From: Phoronis australis
Taxonomy: Eukaryota; Animalia; Phoronida
Length of the DNA: 64,000 bases
NCBI GenBank assembly: GCA_002633005.1
Contig: NMRA01000013.1
Location: forward strand, 1,004,599-1,068,598
Reading direction: 5' to 3'
Below, piece after piece: positions 60,527 through 64,000 of the stretch (positions are counted from its first letter, which is position 1; each line of letters begins with the position of its first letter). The translations under genes were made by a program, and so were the position numbers. The notes beneath the pieces are model-generated. The model was not told the DNA's origin and made no database searches. It saw nothing but the letters and a program-made list of their open reading frames with translations.

Positions 60527-61779
60527 AGGATGACCAGACCGTGCATACACTGTTTAATTATTAGTGCAATAATAACGAATTACATTTTGTATAACCAACA
60601 ATTGCCACTGTTATAAAACCAATTAAAAATCGTATGAGCAAATGCAGAGGCTTACTATGATACTCTTGTAGTGGTTGGGGGTAATGCAAAGTACATGTCT
60701 GTTAAATAAATATTAAACTGTTCCAACATTATTTAGTAGCCGAAGTAAGTTCGTGAGAACTTTGACGGCTTACTTTCCATGCTGCTAATATGAAGCCCAT
60801 ACTTCCGAGAAAAGTTTGTAGCTTGCGAAGAATACCAGTCAGAATGGAGAATTAATTACGTGTTATATTTTTACAAAAAACGTGCCCAATAACAACACAG
60901 AAAATTTACAGAGAATTTCAAATAATTTATTCATTCACCGCAGTCCAGAATCCACCAACAAAGAACGGAGCATAGGGAAACACCAGGCGTGCATTCAGTA
61001 ACGCTAGGACCTACGCTAGGACCTAGCTAAAATCTAGTCAAAATCGCGTGTTATGATTTAAAATACCCGGCAATATCTCACGTAATCTCGCGAAGTCTTG
61101 CTTTTTAGCGAGGTTCTAGCGCTCGCTGGTTCCCTGGGTGCCGCTAGGTGGTCAGTAGCCAGCACGCAGGTATCACTTAATTTTTTTACACCGGTGTTTC
61201 TGATTGGCTAATCAAATTCTCAATAGGCAGCGCTTTACGCAAACAAATTGGCATCATAGATACTCTATAGACTCTATGCTGGCATGACTGATGGACTGAA
61301 ATGTAAATGTAGTCTGTTGTACAGACAAATCGGTGCTTACAATTTATGGTCAGGAAATGTGAATCCTAGAAATTGTGGTTGCGCTTTTTCGGGATGCATC
61401 TTTCTACTGTCGATGACTTTTGTTTACGATACCTGTACTGTCCTGTATGAATAATACACCGGGTTAAATCGGCCAGATATGTGTTTAATGTACATGTATG
61501 TGCTTCAAGCACGCGGCTATTAAACATAACTGCAGAATCGAAATGGTTGCTGCAACGCCACTTGCTTGACAAGGTTAAAAATCGTTCACAATACGCCATT
61601 TGTCCCCTCAGTTTGTGTATTTACACGTCCATGTTTCTGTGCTCAGTCAGTTTAATGGAGGTACTTTGGAGGTGCATGTATCAATAACTTACACAAAATA
61701 TGCAAATTTAGATAGTTATTAAAATTCTGCCGGTAATTCAATATTTTAATGTTTGCACTGGTGTTTCTGTGGGTACTTA

Positions 61780-62210
61780 ATTCAATGGAATCAGTTTACA
61801 GGTTGCTGCAAGATTCATTTGCATAATTTATGCAAGTAAAGAAGACTTGTTTAGTATTCTGTTTATGCTCAGCGTGTAATCATCTCGTCTGCTCTTCAGT
61901 GAATGGCACATTCGAGCTATTTTTGGAAGAGTGCGAGAAGGCCACGAATATGTAATTTTTTCTGTAAAAGCAGTTTGAAAAACAACCTGTCTCCATAATC
62001 ATAACGAAATCGTATAATTCCATTAACCACCAAGGAGTATCTCTGTTGAATGAACTTCCTGGGAATGGAAGATGTCAAAATGCTGATCCTTTTAGCAATA
62101 CTTTTACACATTTTATTATCAAGGTTGTGAATGCCAACATTGCCTTCGTTGATAAATGTTGTCCTAAGAGGACTGATAAGTGTTGTGTGTTCATTTACAC
62201 TGTACATAGC
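61780..62210 (-). mobile_element. Highly decayed CR1/L2-group LINE ORF2 fragment
   Basis: Minus-strand NKMCKSIAKRISIL...RKFIQQ...NGIIRFRYDYGD...LLQKKLHIR resembles the post-RT HI..CKKI.KRIG.L...I.P..DYG...LQKLQNRA segment. Confidence 0.55.
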
Positions 62211-63395
62211 AGGGATAATTTTAGCAGCGCTCCCTCGTCATTGTCGCAAAAGTAATTTCATTGGCGCACTGTGATTGCTTAGATCAGGTCCATTAAAATT
62301 TGACGAAAAAGTAAACAAAAAACGAACACGGCCCATATGTGGCCTCCAAACTGGCTCATGGCCTCAACACCGTGTCAGTTAACGTTTTATCTGAAACAAT
62401 CCTTGTACAGCCTCTTCAAGGTTCTTTCCGTCACATTTTATACTGGCCTGACTAACACCTGTGCTACTATTGTGTTAAACTGTCACACTGTTGCAAAATT
62501 TACTTACTCAATTGATAACAATGGCACCCTACAAGTTCACAAGTTCAAAGTTAGTTTGCTGCTCCAGCTACAGGGGCAGAAGGAGCTCACTAATTTGAAG
62601 GTGCACTAGTCCAAAGGTGCAGTAGTGCGGAGATCTGTTAATAAGGCGGGACTGAATTAGAAAAAATGCAGTTCAAGAAAATAGTGTAATATATTGGTCA
62701 GGTACCTAATGATTATAAAAAGAATCAGGGAGGCGGTCTGGATTTCACAACTGCGGATCCCTATGAACATAGACGATCGTGCGAACTGATTCAGTTTAGC
62801 AGTATAGCACAACCCTGCGGGGCGCCCAGCGACACCCAGCGACAAGACACCCCACTGGTGAAGGCTTCAGCTGTAACTGAGATGGCGGAAGTTTCTGTTA
62901 ATTTTTTGATTTATTTGTGAACGAAAAGGATAGAATTTATTTTCTCATATACCAGACATCCTGACAATCCTGTTTAAAGACTTGAAGGTGATTTCAATAC
63001 AAACAATAATGAAACTGGTTTTAGAGCATGACCTAGATAAATTCAACACCATAACTTTGGGGTCTGTTATTCATTTTTTACCACTTATTGAGTCGCTTTG
63101 TGAGGATACCTTTCATTACGAAAGCGTTGGCGTCAATTCTTTAATCTTTTTGCCAGCTATACTTAGCTATTCTGTGGGTAAGAAATATCCAGTCGTCTTT
63201 GTAAAAATAAATTAACACTCAGGATAACAAACGTTAACATTTACTTGCTTGTGACGAGGTGCAACAGATAAGAACATCATGGAAATACACATTACAGGGC
63301 CATACATTTATATTCAAATCTTATAAACTGACGTGGACTGCGCGCCACCTATTGGTCACATCACGTGACCTAATGAACATAAGTCTATATTTTCG

Positions 63396-64000
63396 GCAGA
63401 ATGGTGAATGTTGGCCAATTCCCCTTTTGTCCACTGACGTCACAAGCATACTGGCGCCCCCCCAGTGGAGGCCCTGAGAACTCGTAAACAAGCATGTTGG
63501 CGACTGTGGTTAAAGTATTTTTTATGATTTTTCCAGAGTCGCTATGTTTTAGTGTGTTTTTTAAATAATGTTGCATGTCATACTTCTCAGAAAATCAATA
63601 TTGTTCCAATAAATTAAGAAAATTGGAATATTCATTCTAGCTATCCTGCAACACGATCCAACTGTTCTTCTGTGTTACACACGCCGGCAAAGCCAAAGTT
63701 TTATCCCCACGCGAAATAGCCTCGTTTACGCTCGACTAAAAAGGAATCTTTCAATCATAATTAATTGGTACTATACACCATTCATTATTATATACCATGC
63801 ATTATGTTTTTAGAAAAAAGCGATACTCAACGTCCCACAATAAATACAAGTCTGTTCGCCAGCTTGGCTCGGCTAGGCTGGATACTACCGGGTTCATGAA
63901 CTCGGTTTATTTACGAGTTCTCAGGGCCTCCACTGGGGGCGCCAGTATGCTTGTGACGTCAGTGGACAAAAGGGGAATTGGCCAACATTCACCATTCTGC
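63396..64000. repeat. Long near-perfect inverted repeat (arms 63396-63488 and 63910-64000, running off the window); foldback DNA element
   Basis: At least 91 bp reverse-complement identical except for the C7 vs G5 homopolymer length. Confidence 0.9.

Noticed and set aside
1-64000. CRISPR array, rRNA, prokaryotic operon or intact transposase
   Set aside because: No regularly spaced repeat-spacer array, no rRNA-like sequence and no long ORFs; the DNA is spliceosomal-intron-rich eukaryotic sequence.

Overview
Eukaryotic, intron-rich, AT-rich genomic DNA, most likely a marine invertebrate bilaterian (inferred from the repeat types and CTCF-like motifs). There are no prokaryotic operons, CRISPR arrays or rRNA. 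Two spliced genes can be rebuilt by hand with consistent exon phases. (1) The last 13 coding exons (784-12724, +) of a voltage-gated calcium channel alpha-2/delta subunit (CACNA2D family), ending in a GPI-anchor signal; its penultimate intron (10692-11486) is a clear minor-spliceosome (U12) intron. (2) A convergent gene (20544-21961, -) with three coding exons, encoding a 148-aa protein I cannot assign to a family. It carries PPSY, PSAP and PPPY motifs and a C-terminal hydrophobic segment with an oleosin-like FSPILIP. The rest is mostly non-coding: MITEs (Harbinger-like, EnSpm-like, and a family with 5-bp target-site duplications), decayed CR1/L2-type LINE fragments, hairpins, microsatellites, and two apparent haplotype duplications next to single-N contig joins (about 37-45 kb and 53-55 kb). 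Most ORFs in the supplied track are spurious.
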